Shown here: positions 1 to 8,566 of the stretch, piece by piece | How positions within the stretch are numbered: position 1 is the first letter of the stretch | Layout of the letters: each line of letters starts with the position of its first letter | Origin: a virus | Lineage: Duplodnaviria; Caudoviricetes | Direction: 5' to 3' (one strand) | DNA length: 24,171 nt | IMG/VR virus record: IMGVR_UViG_3300019784_004171 | Coordinates: 1-24,171 of that record | The notes under the pieces: generated by a model | What the model saw: only the letters and a program-made list of their open reading frames with translations | Database searches by the model: none | Told to the model about the DNA's origin: nothing | Program-made: the position numbers and the translations under genes

Positions 1-236
1 TTACCGCAACAATAACAGAGACACGAGCGCCCAGTCTTACTAGTGAAAGCTAGTAAGCAAGATATAGTCCGATCTCGGTAGCGATATCGAGTTTCTCAAT
101 ATAAATTTTGGGAAAATAACTTAAATGCAGATTTATTGTGACAATAAACAGCAACGTTTAGAGAAGCACTAAAATAGAGTTTGTAATCGATATATGATGA
201 CGAGCTTGCCGCTTTAAAAACAACACTGAAGTCACG
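1..236 (+). ncRNA. Group I intron, 3' portion (5' part upstream of window); 3' splice site G236 (preferred) or G127
   Basis: Canonical S element AAGATATAGTCC (59-70). P8 hairpin CTTACTAGT-GAAA-GCTAGTAAG (36-57). P9 CTCGGTA-GCGA-TATCGAG with GNRA loop (74-91). P9.1 TTTCTCAA/TTGGGAAA (92-115). ATAAC...TG tail (116-127). Upstream ACAATAA...ACACGAGCGCCCA resembles the P7.1/P3' region of bacterial/phage introns. Confidence 0.88.
126..236 (+). mobile_element. Putative TnpB omegaRNA (reRNA) scaffold / degenerate IS200-IS605 right end inside the intron (minimal IStron-like element)
   Basis: Ordered blocks TGCAGATT (126-133), AACAGCAAC (147-155), CTAAAATAGA (169-178), CTTGCC (205-210), AACACTGAA (222-230), ending in TCAC-G (232-236). 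These resemble the 3' ends of tnpB elements as I recall them (not searched). Hairpins at 132-148 and 178-206. All three frames contain stops. Confidence 0.55.
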
Positions 237-256
237 ATGATATTAGGGCTAACATT

Positions 257-2986
257 ATGACAAGATTTGGAATGACAGGAAATATTTCGCCAACTTTAAT
301 CAATGATTTCATTGCATTAAGAGAAGAAGTTTTTGTTGAAAATGGAAATTTAAATCTAATACAATCAGGTTTTAAACAAAAAATAAATGAAGCAGATAAT
401 CTCGGTTTTAAGTTAAAAGGCATTTCTAAAAAGAATAATCAATATATAAATGCTATAGACTCTAAAAGGCAAAACAATTATTTAGGCAAATGGTACAGAG
501 ATGGATGGTTCTCACAAAAAAAATTAGCAGATGGAGATTTTTCATTTTCTTATACAGATAATATTTTTTATTCCAGAGATAACTTGCCATATACAAATCA
601 AAAATCTACAGGCTTATATATAGATGAAATTTGGTCTGGATATAACGCAAAAATTAACTCATCAAATGATGTTATAGGCGGATTTATTAATGCAAATACA
701 TTCGTTTCTGGGGGAGAAGTAAGACCATTTCCATATAAAAATTTTAATGAAATCTTTGACCACAGCGGAATACAGATTGGAGATATGGGAGGAAATATAG
801 CATATTCTGAGCAAGAATTATCTGGATATGAAATTCCGACAGGACAAATATTAGGTTATGCTACAGGAGAAATAGTTGGTTACAATAAAATATTCTTTCT
901 TTCTGGATTAAATAGACAAAATATTAATAATTATGATTATCGCGTTTTATTAATACCAAATAAAAGTCAATACAACAAAAGAAAAAACATAACGTCTTCA
1001 TCAAAAATATTAGGTAAAATAGAAGAAGAACCAAATCAACCAAGATATAATGTATTTTTTTATACTGGAAATTTAAATGTTCAATATACTCCAAGCTCAA
1101 GTTTTACTCCAAATACTTTAGGTTGGGGAGATTTATACGCTACAAATTTAACTGGTAGCTTATATAATATTAATTCTGGATTTAATATTAAATGTTCTGG
1201 TGTTTATCCACAATTTTTTATTAAAGATTTTTATGTTTATAATACTGGAAGCTTGACTCAGAAATTTTATTTTGGAAACTCAAATACAGGGATGATAGAA
1301 ATAACGCCACATATTGCTTCTTATAACACTGATTACCAATGGACATCTGAACAGAATAAAATTTTTTCTGGCCAAAAAATTAATCTATGTTTTATCGGTA
1401 AAAATTCCGTTTCACATTTTAAGGTTAAAATTGATACAAAAAATATAACTGGAAACATTAATAATAATTCTATATCAATGAATGAATATATTTATATGTA
1501 TAGAACGACTGGTGAAATATTGGGGTCTAATTTTACTGGTTTAAAGAGTCAAATATTTTCAGTTCCCTTAACTTTAAATATAAAATTTAATAACGCACAA
1601 ATTTTTTCTGATGATTATTTTTATGATACAAATACAAATGGATCTTACAGACCATATTCTCTTAAAAATGAAACAGTTAAATTTTATAATTCTGGAATTA
1701 TAAATAAAAATAATAAATTCTTTGGACTTACACTATATGCTACGGGCGGCATATTAGAATCAGATTATATTAAAAATGATTTAAATAAAAAAATCAATAA
1801 ACTTGGAGAATATTCTAGGACTGGTATATTTAAAGATATTAAGATAATTTATCCATTAAAAGAAGGAGAAACATATTATTCGGTAAATAGTGATTCTTCT
1901 TGGATTCAAAATTTAAATTCTTCTACTCAAATATTTAGATGGATTTCTGGTTTTAGTGGATTTTTTACTGGTAAAAAATTTAATCCAATTTCTGGCGCAA
2001 TCCAACAAGATTTAAGATTTATAATAGATACAACTGACCTTCTTCCAAATAAAGAAAATATCAGTGGATCAAACTTTACGGTAACACATAATACTGGAAT
2101 TAGATTTAATAATTCAACTGGAACTCTTAATTTAATGAGAGGCAAAAGATACAGATTCTTACAAACCAATTCGACAAATACATATCCATTTACAATTAAT
2201 GCAGACCAAGCTAGAGTTTTCGAGCCAGAATATAATAAAAAAGTTTTAAATAATTATAGACTAACAGAATTTAATCCAAACTTAAATACTCCAGCGAAAG
2301 TTTACTGGACAGCTGGCGCAGGAATTAGTGGATATTTCAATATAATTGGAGATTTAGATAAACAAGCGATTCTATCTACAGGGTTAAATTTAACTGGAAA
2401 ATTACAAGAATATAATTTTATAAATTATACTTTCAACATGCAATCAACTCCACTTTTATATAAAAATAAAATTACTGGATATACCACATTCCTAGATGAT
2501 CCAATGTACACCGCAGATGGCGTGAATTATAAACTAATGAGTAATTTAAAATTAGAAAAGAATAAATCTTATGTATTTTCTCATAAATTTAAAAGAAATG
2601 AGTTTTTACTTAGTGGTTTAGGCTTGGTATTTTGGACAGGAAGCAAATTTTATGATAAATCTAATTCATATTATTTTAATGAATATTCCCAGGCATATGG
2701 AGTGGCAGGAGATTTAACATTTAATATATTAACATTTAAAGTGCCAACTACAATCTCAGATACCATACCATTATATCTTGGAATTACTGGATCATTTCCT
2801 AAATTAGGTCTTCCAGTAGAAATAGTTAGTCAGAATGCATATATTGAAAGCACGGGTAAATATACAAATATTACTAGCCCAGTTTTTAGTGGTAATTTAA
2901 ATATATTTACGTCTAACATAAACAATAATTTTTCAATTCCATTTGTATTCTCAGGTATTCATGGAATGGATAACATAAGTTTTTAA
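257..2986 (+). CDS. Large virion structural protein (tail/baseplate-associated); probably the 3' exon (from about 237) of an intron-split gene
   Basis: 909-aa Asn/Ser/Gly/Thr-rich ORF. Motif TLNLMRGKRYRF...YPFTI is typical of beta-sandwich repeats in phage virion proteins. No clear RBS. The frame is open upstream to 230, consistent with splicing at G236. Confidence 0.6.
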   Translation: MTRFGMTGNISPTLINDFIALREEVFVENGNLNLIQSGFKQKINEADNLGFKLKGISKKNNQYINAIDSKRQNNYLGKWYRDGWFSQKKLADGDFSFSYTDNIFYSRDNLPYTNQKSTGLYIDEIWSGYNAKINSSNDVIGGFINANTFVSGGEVRPFPYKNFNEIFDHSGIQIGDMGGNIAYSEQELSGYEIPTGQILGYATGEIVGYNKIFFLSGLNRQNINNYDYRVLLIPNKSQYNKRKNITSSSKILGKIEEEPNQPRYNVFFYTGNLNVQYTPSSSFTPNTLGWGDLYATNLTGSLYNINSGFNIKCSGVYPQFFIKDFYVYNTGSLTQKFYFGNSNTGMIEITPHIASYNTDYQWTSEQNKIFSGQKINLCFIGKNSVSHFKVKIDTKNITGNINNNSISMNEYIYMYRTTGEILGSNFTGLKSQIFSVPLTLNIKFNNAQIFSDDYFYDTNTNGSYRPYSLKNETVKFYNSGIINKNNKFFGLTLYATGGILESDYIKNDLNKKINKLGEYSRTGIFKDIKIIYPLKEGETYYSVNSDSSWIQNLNSSTQIFRWISGFSGFFTGKKFNPISGAIQQDLRFIIDTTDLLPNKENISGSNFTVTHNTGIRFNNSTGTLNLMRGKRYRFLQTNSTNTYPFTINADQARVFEPEYNKKVLNNYRLTEFNPNLNTPAKVYWTAGAGISGYFNIIGDLDKQAILSTGLNLTGKLQEYNFINYTFNMQSTPLLYKNKITGYTTFLDDPMYTADGVNYKLMSNLKLEKNKSYVFSHKFKRNEFLLSGLGLVFWTGSKFYDKSNSYYFNEYSQAYGVAGDLTFNILTFKVPTTISDTIPLYLGITGSFPKLGLPVEIVSQNAYIESTGKYTNITSPVFSGNLNIFTSNINNNFSIPFVFSGIHGMDNISF

Positions 2987-3001
2987 AAGAGGATAAAAAA
3001 T

Positions 3002-3220
3002 ATGTCAGCATCAGCCATAGCAGCATTATTAGCATTATTAACAGCTTTAATCTGTGCAATAGTTGCAAAATCAGCAAAAGATCTAGCTTGCCAGATTTGG
3101 AACGCGAAAAATAAGGTATACCAAGAAGCTTTAAAAGAGGCTGGTTCACGTCCAAGTGACGCTGAGCCTTTTCGTCCTCCGCCCAAACCAGACGATTGTA
3201 ACTGCGAACCAGCAAAATAA
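3002..3220 (+). CDS. Small membrane-anchored/secreted Cys-Pro-rich protein (paralog 1)
   Basis: 72 aa, AGAGGA RBS upstream, hydrophobic N-terminus, ACQIW motif, C-terminal PPPKPDDCNCEPAK. Confidence 0.7.
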   Translation: MSASAIAALLALLTALICAIVAKSAKDLACQIWNAKNKVYQEALKEAGSRPSDAEPFRPPPKPDDCNCEPAK

Positions 3221-3247
3221 TTACTTGAAATTTTAATTAATTTTTAA
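3212..3247 (+). repeat. 36-bp direct repeat, copy 1
   Basis: GCAAAATAATTACTTGAAATTTTAATTAATTTTTAA, identical to 3511-3546; covers the last codons, the stop and a -35 box. Confidence 0.95.
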
Positions 3248-3258
3248 ATGATAAATTT

Positions 3259-3519
3259 ATGTTCTTACAAGGATCAATAGTCGCAGGATTAATAGCAATA
3301 TTAGGTATTGAAACTCTTAAAAGATCTGAAAATTCAAATAAAGGTAAGTCAGCAGCAGGAGATTCAGCAGCATGCGATGCATGGAAAAGATTAAAGTATG
3401 AGTATGATATGTGCGTTAGCGCTGGCGGAGGAGCTAATCCGTGTTCATATGGAGTATATGGAAACGGCAATGGTACTCCTCCTCCACCTAAAGGCTGCGG
3501 ATGTGCTGGCGCAAAATAA
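3259..3519 (+). CDS. Small membrane-anchored/secreted Cys-Pro-rich protein (paralog 2)
   Basis: 86 aa, hydrophobic N-terminus, ACDAW motif, C-terminal PPPPKGCGCAGAK; same layout as 3002-3220. Confidence 0.7.
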   Translation: MFLQGSIVAGLIAILGIETLKRSENSNKGKSAAGDSAACDAWKRLKYEYDMCVSAGGGANPCSYGVYGNGNGTPPPPKGCGCAGAK

Positions 3520-3546
3520 TTACTTGAAATTTTAATTAATTTTTAA
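3511..3546 (+). repeat. 36-bp direct repeat, copy 2
   Basis: Identical to 3212-3247. Confidence 0.95.
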
Positions 3547-3552
3547 TATAAT
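3524..3552 (+). promoter_or_regulatory. Host sigma70-type promoter (likely leaderless transcript)
   Basis: TTGAAA (3524-3529), 17-nt spacer, TATAAT (3547-3552); ATG at 3560 sits at about +1. Confidence 0.75.
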
Positions 3553-3559
3553 TTATATT

Positions 3560-4003
3560 ATGTTAAAAATATACTGCTCTGATTGTGGTGCTCCTACAAA
3601 TTATACATCAAATAAGCCCAAATTTTGCACTGGATGTGGCAACCCATTTGATAAAAATATAAATCAAAATAAAGTAATAGCTAAAAACCCAGCCCCAATT
3701 AATATTCAAAAGCCCAAAATTCAATTAATTGATCAAGATGATGACGATTATGGTGATGAATCAGAAGTAAATCATGTGCCTAATATTAGAGGGTTAGATT
3801 GTGAAATTGCAGAATCTTATAAGTCTGGGGAAAAAATCGGCAATATAGTAGGAACATCCGAGGGTTCATCTAGATCAAGGCAGAATTCCAATAAGAAGAA
3901 TTCCAAACCCTCTAAATTAGAACGTAAAAAATTTTTAGAAGATTTCTCTAAAGAAGCTGGGGCACTGAAACCAAAGACAAGAATTGTAAAAAATGGTAAA
4001 TAA
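3560..4003 (+). CDS. Zinc-ribbon domain protein
   Basis: N-terminal CSDC-x13-CTGC, acidic middle segment, basic C-terminus. Confidence 0.8.
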   Translation: MLKIYCSDCGAPTNYTSNKPKFCTGCGNPFDKNINQNKVIAKNPAPINIQKPKIQLIDQDDDDYGDESEVNHVPNIRGLDCEIAESYKSGEKIGNIVGTSEGSSRSRQNSNKKNSKPSKLERKKFLEDFSKEAGALKPKTRIVKNGK

Positions 4004-4676
4004 AAAATCTTCGTTTGAAGATAATATAATTCAAATAAATTTAGAAATCTCCAAAAGGAGAGCCAAATGGAATTTGACAGCTATATCTTGGATGGATTTT
4101 AGTGATGTATCTCAAATATTAAGAATTCATATATTTAGAAAATGGCATCTTTATAATCACAAACAGCCTTTAGCTCCATGGGTGAATAGAATCATAAGTA
4201 ATCAAATTAAAAATTTAATTAGAAATAATTATAGTAATTTTAGTAGACCATGCTTGAAATGTGCAGCAGCAGAAAATGAAGAAGATTGTGCTATATATGG
4301 AAAACAATGTAATAATTGTCCATTATATGCTAATTGGGAAAAAAGTAAAAAAAATGCACATGACACCAAATTAACTGTTAGCATTGAAAATCATTCTCAA
4401 GAAATAAATGATATGCCGTATGATTCCATGAGAATAGAAAAAGCTGCAGAAAATGTACATAATAAAATGGAAAAAGTTTTAAAACCTATAGAATGGAAAG
4501 CTTATAAACTTTTATATATACAAGGAAAAGACGAAGAGCAAGCAGCAAAATTAATGGGCTATAAAACTACAGAAAAAAATAGAATAGCTGGATATAAACA
4601 AATTAAAAATTTAAAAAAATCAATAATATTTAAAGTTAAAAAGTATTTATATAACGGCGAAATTGATATATATTAA
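3993..4676 (+). CDS. Phage sigma70-family (ECF-like) RNA polymerase sigma factor with Cys-rich insertion
   Basis: Region 2-like DFSDVSQILRIHIFRKWHLY...PWVNRIISNQIKNLIR; region 4 HTH-like LKPIEWKAYKLLYIQGKDEEQAAKLMGY; five Cys in the linker. Confidence 0.8.
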   Translation: MVNKKSSFEDNIIQINLEISKRRAKWNLTAISWMDFSDVSQILRIHIFRKWHLYNHKQPLAPWVNRIISNQIKNLIRNNYSNFSRPCLKCAAAENEEDCAIYGKQCNNCPLYANWEKSKKNAHDTKLTVSIENHSQEINDMPYDSMRIEKAAENVHNKMEKVLKPIEWKAYKLLYIQGKDEEQAAKLMGYKTTEKNRIAGYKQIKNLKKSIIFKVKKYLYNGEIDIY

Positions 4677-4679
4677 TTT

Positions 4680-5774
4680 ATGAGTGAAAATCTGCCAGAA
4701 CTCACGAATGAGCAGCAATTAAAACTATTAAACGAATGGAATAGTCGTCCAGATAATCCTCCGTCTTTAGTTGAATTAGTAAAATTAGCTTTTGATAGAG
4801 ATGATCTAGATGGAAGAAGCAAAGAAGGAAAAGCTGTTAAAATATTCTTAGCTTCTAGACAAATTAAGCCTAAAAAAAGTCATGAATATCAAGCTAAAGG
4901 TTTAATAGAATTAACAATTGAGCAAAAAGAATACGTAAGTAACAATTGCCACACAATGACTGGATTAGAAATGTCAAAAATTCTTTTTAAAAACGATGAA
5001 TTAACTAATCTTTCTCAAGAAACCAGAAGCGTGTTGGAGTATATGAAAAATATTCCAAGTAATATTAAATTTAATAATACAGAGAACGAAACTGCATCCA
5101 CAGAAGAGTATAGACCTCCTCGTAGTGAAGAAAGAATGATTGCTAAGATTAATAAATACGTTTTAGATGGAGTAGACAAAAATAAATTAACACATAAACA
5201 TAAAAAAGAAATTAATTCATTGATTGGGTATATGAATACTCATAGATTTATACATCAAATTAATATTTATGATAATGAACCAGACAGAGAACTTTTTGAA
5301 AGCAGTTTTGTTAGATATACTTATGATAAAAGTGATTTAACTCAAGAAGAAGTTGATCAATATATTGTTCTTTGCACAGAAGTAGTTATATCTTCTAGTA
5401 TACAGCAAACAATCAACGTACTTCAAAATCAAATTGAATTATCCATGCAAGAAGACGGTAAAATACCAATGACGATTGTAGAAGCTAGTAGCACAGCTCG
5501 AAAAGAGTATAATGATTGCGTAAATAGACAACAAAAATTGAATAATGATTTAAAAGTCAAAAGAAGCGACAGATTAAGCAAGCAAGTAAAAGAAACTGCA
5601 TCAATTATTAATCTTGTACAAATGTGGAAAGAGGAAGAAAGCAGAAATAAATTAATTAAAATGGCAGAGATGCGAAAACAAGTAGTTGAAAAAGAAATAG
5701 ATAGACTATCTACGATGGATGAAATAAAATCTAAAATTTTAGGAATCTCTAAAGACGAAATATTAAACGGATGA
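4680..5774 (+). CDS. Hypothetical helical protein; candidate terminase small subunit
   Basis: 364 aa, helical with C-terminal coiled coil, two genes upstream of terL in a coupled operon. Function is inferred from position only. Confidence 0.4.
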   Translation: MSENLPELTNEQQLKLLNEWNSRPDNPPSLVELVKLAFDRDDLDGRSKEGKAVKIFLASRQIKPKKSHEYQAKGLIELTIEQKEYVSNNCHTMTGLEMSKILFKNDELTNLSQETRSVLEYMKNIPSNIKFNNTENETASTEEYRPPRSEERMIAKINKYVLDGVDKNKLTHKHKKEINSLIGYMNTHRFIHQINIYDNEPDRELFESSFVRYTYDKSDLTQEEVDQYIVLCTEVVISSSIQQTINVLQNQIELSMQEDGKIPMTIVEASSTARKEYNDCVNRQQKLNNDLKVKRSDRLSKQVKETASIINLVQMWKEEESRNKLIKMAEMRKQVVEKEIDRLSTMDEIKSKILGISKDEILNG

Positions 5775-6706
5775 GCATAATTTGTAAAGTTGATGGCAAA
5801 GAATTTAAAGATGAAAAAAGCCTTCATCTTTCATTAAAAGGTTATGGTCTTAATAAAGTAAAATATTACCAAAAATATTATGAGCGCAGAGATTTATTGA
5901 CTAATGAATTAATTAATTTCAAAACTAAAGATCAATATTTGACTAGCGATTTCAACGATAAGAATAATATGAAAAAATGGCTTAAACAACAGCCAATAGA
6001 AAAAGCTCAAGAATATTGTAAGCAATTATTAATTAAAAGAAAAGAATCTAAAAATTTAATATACTCCCCAACTCAAGTAGAGCTTAGAACAATTATGGCT
6101 CCATCGATTATATCTTATAATAAAATATTTAAAGATTATTATGATGTATGCTCATCTATAGGCTTAGAAAATAAATTCATTCATGCTAATTTAGTCGGAG
6201 ATCATTTTAAAAATAAATTAACATCAAAAGATATAATTTACGTTGATACTCGCGAGCAAAGTTGGTTGAAATTTGATTCCCCATTTGAAATTAAAACGCT
6301 TGGATTTGGCGATTATACTTGTTCAAACGATAATTGTGGATGCTTTATAGAGAGAAAAAGCTTAAGTGATTTCATAAGCACTCTAAGCGTTAAGAATTTT
6401 GATAGATTTAAAAATGAAATTGAAAAAGCTAAAAAGAATAATTCTTATATTATCGTAATGGTTGAAGAAAAGTTATCAAACGCTTTAAGTTTTCAATATT
6501 TACCTCATATTAGTAAAAAGATAAAAGTAACACCAGAATATATATTTCATAACGTCAGAGAACTCTTACAAAATTATAATAATTTACAATTTTTATTTGT
6601 TGACGGAAGAAATGAAATGAAAAGATTAATTGAATCTATTTTTGCTAGTAAATGTTTTTATAAAAAGATAGATCTTCAATTGGCTTACGATATGAAAGTT
6701 TTATGA
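5771..6706 (+). CDS. ERCC4 (XPF/Mus81-like) domain nuclease
   Basis: IYVDTREQ...LGFGDY...IERKSLSDFISTL...RFKNEIEKA...IIVMVE matches the ERCC4 VDxRE/GDY/ERKxxxD signature; ATGA overlaps with both neighbours. Confidence 0.85.
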   Translation: MSIICKVDGKEFKDEKSLHLSLKGYGLNKVKYYQKYYERRDLLTNELINFKTKDQYLTSDFNDKNNMKKWLKQQPIEKAQEYCKQLLIKRKESKNLIYSPTQVELRTIMAPSIISYNKIFKDYYDVCSSIGLENKFIHANLVGDHFKNKLTSKDIIYVDTREQSWLKFDSPFEIKTLGFGDYTCSNDNCGCFIERKSLSDFISTLSVKNFDRFKNEIEKAKKNNSYIIVMVEEKLSNALSFQYLPHISKKIKVTPEYIFHNVRELLQNYNNLQFLFVDGRNEMKRLIESIFASKCFYKKIDLQLAYDMKVL

Positions 6707-8547
6707 TATATTGTCCAGAAAAATATATTAGAGAAGTTAAAGATATTAATGCTGAATTATCAGAGCTCAAAGGCTATCTTAATGACAAAGAAGCTAAAAT
6801 ATCATTAGCTAAATTCTTAAGGGCAAATCTTGGATTTTCTACAGAGCTTATAAGTGGAGTTAAGCTTGCTCCATACCAAGAGATACATTTGAAGGCTATA
6901 ATGAATAGAAATTTTAATATGTGTGTTTTTGGTCGTGGTTGTGGTAAATCTTTTATGGGCGCAGTATTTTGTTTTCTTCAATGCGTATTTGAACCAAATA
7001 CTAAAATCCTTATCGCTGGGCCTACATTTAGAACAGCTAGATTTATTTTTAATAATTTAGAGAAAATAGTACAAAGTCCTGGAGCCGAATTATTAGCTCA
7101 ATGCTTTGGGGCAAAAGCAAAAAGAAATGATCAATTTGAATGGCAAATTAACGGAGGAAGCATCGTAGCAATTCCTCTTAATGGCGAAAAAATTCGAGGT
7201 TTTCGTGCAAATATATTAGTTCTTGACGAGTTCCTTTTGCTACCAGAAGAAATTATTAAAAATGTATTAATGCCATTCTTAGTTGCCCCACAGAATATTA
7301 AAGAAAGAATGCAAATCAGAGAATTTGAAGATAAATTAATATTAGAAGGAATGATGAAAGAAGAGGACAGAATGGTATTCGAGAATACAAGTAAAATGAT
7401 TGCTCTTTCTTCTGCAAGCTATACATTCGAAAATTTATATAAAACTTATAATGAATGGTCAGAAAAAATATACAGCAAAGAAAAAGGAGAGGCTACATAT
7501 TTCGTAAGTCAAATGAGTTATGAGGCATTGCCAGAAGAAATGATAGATAAAACAATTATCGAAGAAGCTCAAGCAGGAGGATCAAGTCATAGTGGATTTT
7601 TGAGAGAGTATTGCGCTCAGTTTACAGATGGTAGTGATAGTTATTTTAATGCAAAAAAAATGGAAGATTGCACATTAAAAACTGGCGAAAGACCTCACAC
7701 ATTAATGAAGGGTGACAAAGATAAAAAATACATACTTGGTATTGATCCTAATATGAGTGATAGTCCCAATGCGGATTATTTTGCTATGGCTGTAATGGAA
7801 TTAGACGAAGAGAAAAAACAGGGAGTTTTAGTTCATACATATGCTGGACTTGGCAATTTAAAAAATCATGTTAATTATTTTTATTATATATTAACTAATT
7901 TTAATATTGCATTTATTATTCTTGATAATGCTGGATCAGATACATTTTTAGCTGCATCCAATGAATCAGAATTATTTAAAAGAGATAAAATTAATATTAA
8001 AACAATTGATATGAATACAGAATTAGAAGGCCAAGATTATGACATGATGATGAGAAATGCTAAAAATCAATACAATATAGAAGATAAAAGAATAGCATTT
8101 AATCAAGTATTTACTGCTAATTTTATTCGTAAATCAAACGAATATCTTCAAGCTTGTATAGATTATAAAAAAGTATGGTTTGCAAGCAGAACAGCTTCTG
8201 ATGAGAATTTTTTTAATGAAACTATATCTTTAAATATTCCATTAGATTTAATGAAAGGCGAAGATAAGAAGGATTGGACATCATTAGATTTTATAGAAAA
8301 TCAAGATGATTTTATTTATCAAACCAAGAAACAATGCGTTCTAATTGAACACTCTGCTACAAGCAGAGGAACACAGAGCTTTGATTTACCACAACATTTA
8401 AAAAGAAGCGTATCAGCAAATAAAGCCAGAAAAGACAATTATTCAGCATTTATGTTAGCAAATTGGGCAATAAAGTGCTATAATGATATGATGTCTACAC
8501 AGCAAATTAATCAATCGGAGACTTTTTCGCCTATATTAATTAAATAA
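6703..8547 (+). CDS. terL: Terminase large subunit
   Basis: Walker A GRGCGKS, Walker B ILVLDE, motif III SSA, FLREYCAQF, RNase H-like nuclease start YILGIDP, C-terminal KDNYSA; directly upstream of the portal. Confidence 0.93.
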   Translation: MIYCPEKYIREVKDINAELSELKGYLNDKEAKISLAKFLRANLGFSTELISGVKLAPYQEIHLKAIMNRNFNMCVFGRGCGKSFMGAVFCFLQCVFEPNTKILIAGPTFRTARFIFNNLEKIVQSPGAELLAQCFGAKAKRNDQFEWQINGGSIVAIPLNGEKIRGFRANILVLDEFLLLPEEIIKNVLMPFLVAPQNIKERMQIREFEDKLILEGMMKEEDRMVFENTSKMIALSSASYTFENLYKTYNEWSEKIYSKEKGEATYFVSQMSYEALPEEMIDKTIIEEAQAGGSSHSGFLREYCAQFTDGSDSYFNAKKMEDCTLKTGERPHTLMKGDKDKKYILGIDPNMSDSPNADYFAMAVMELDEEKKQGVLVHTYAGLGNLKNHVNYFYYILTNFNIAFIILDNAGSDTFLAASNESELFKRDKINIKTIDMNTELEGQDYDMMMRNAKNQYNIEDKRIAFNQVFTANFIRKSNEYLQACIDYKKVWFASRTASDENFFNETISLNIPLDLMKGEDKKDWTSLDFIENQDDFIYQTKKQCVLIEHSATSRGTQSFDLPQHLKRSVSANKARKDNYSAFMLANWAIKCYNDMMSTQQINQSETFSPILIK

Positions 8548-8548
8548 T

Positions 8549-8555
8549 GTGTAAT
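8549..8555 (+). promoter_or_regulatory. GTGTAA(T) putative late promoter motif before portal
   Basis: Recurring motif, also at 11260, 14285, 15666, 15763, 16355 and 20142. Confidence 0.6.
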
Positions 8556-8566
8556 ATTTAAGTAAA

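Noticed and set aside
16-24. CAGAGACAC read as a defective R element (P7 5' strand missing a U)
   Set aside because: The ACAATAA...ACACGAGCGCCCA context fits a P7.1/P3' region better, so the real P7 5' strand is probably upstream of the window. There is no evidence the ribozyme is dead.
116-240. tmRNA (TAAATGCA resume-like context) or tRNA 3' exon
   Set aside because: No plausible tag peptide, T-arm (GGTTCGA) or CCA acceptor end follows.
121-240. Protein-like frame 1 with stops, suggesting stop-codon reassignment
   Set aside because: It contains TGA, TAA and TAG together, and all long genes in the window read cleanly in the standard code.
3002-3519. RiPP precursor peptides
   Set aside because: No modifying enzyme, peptidase or transporter in the window; the N-termini look like membrane anchors rather than leader peptides.
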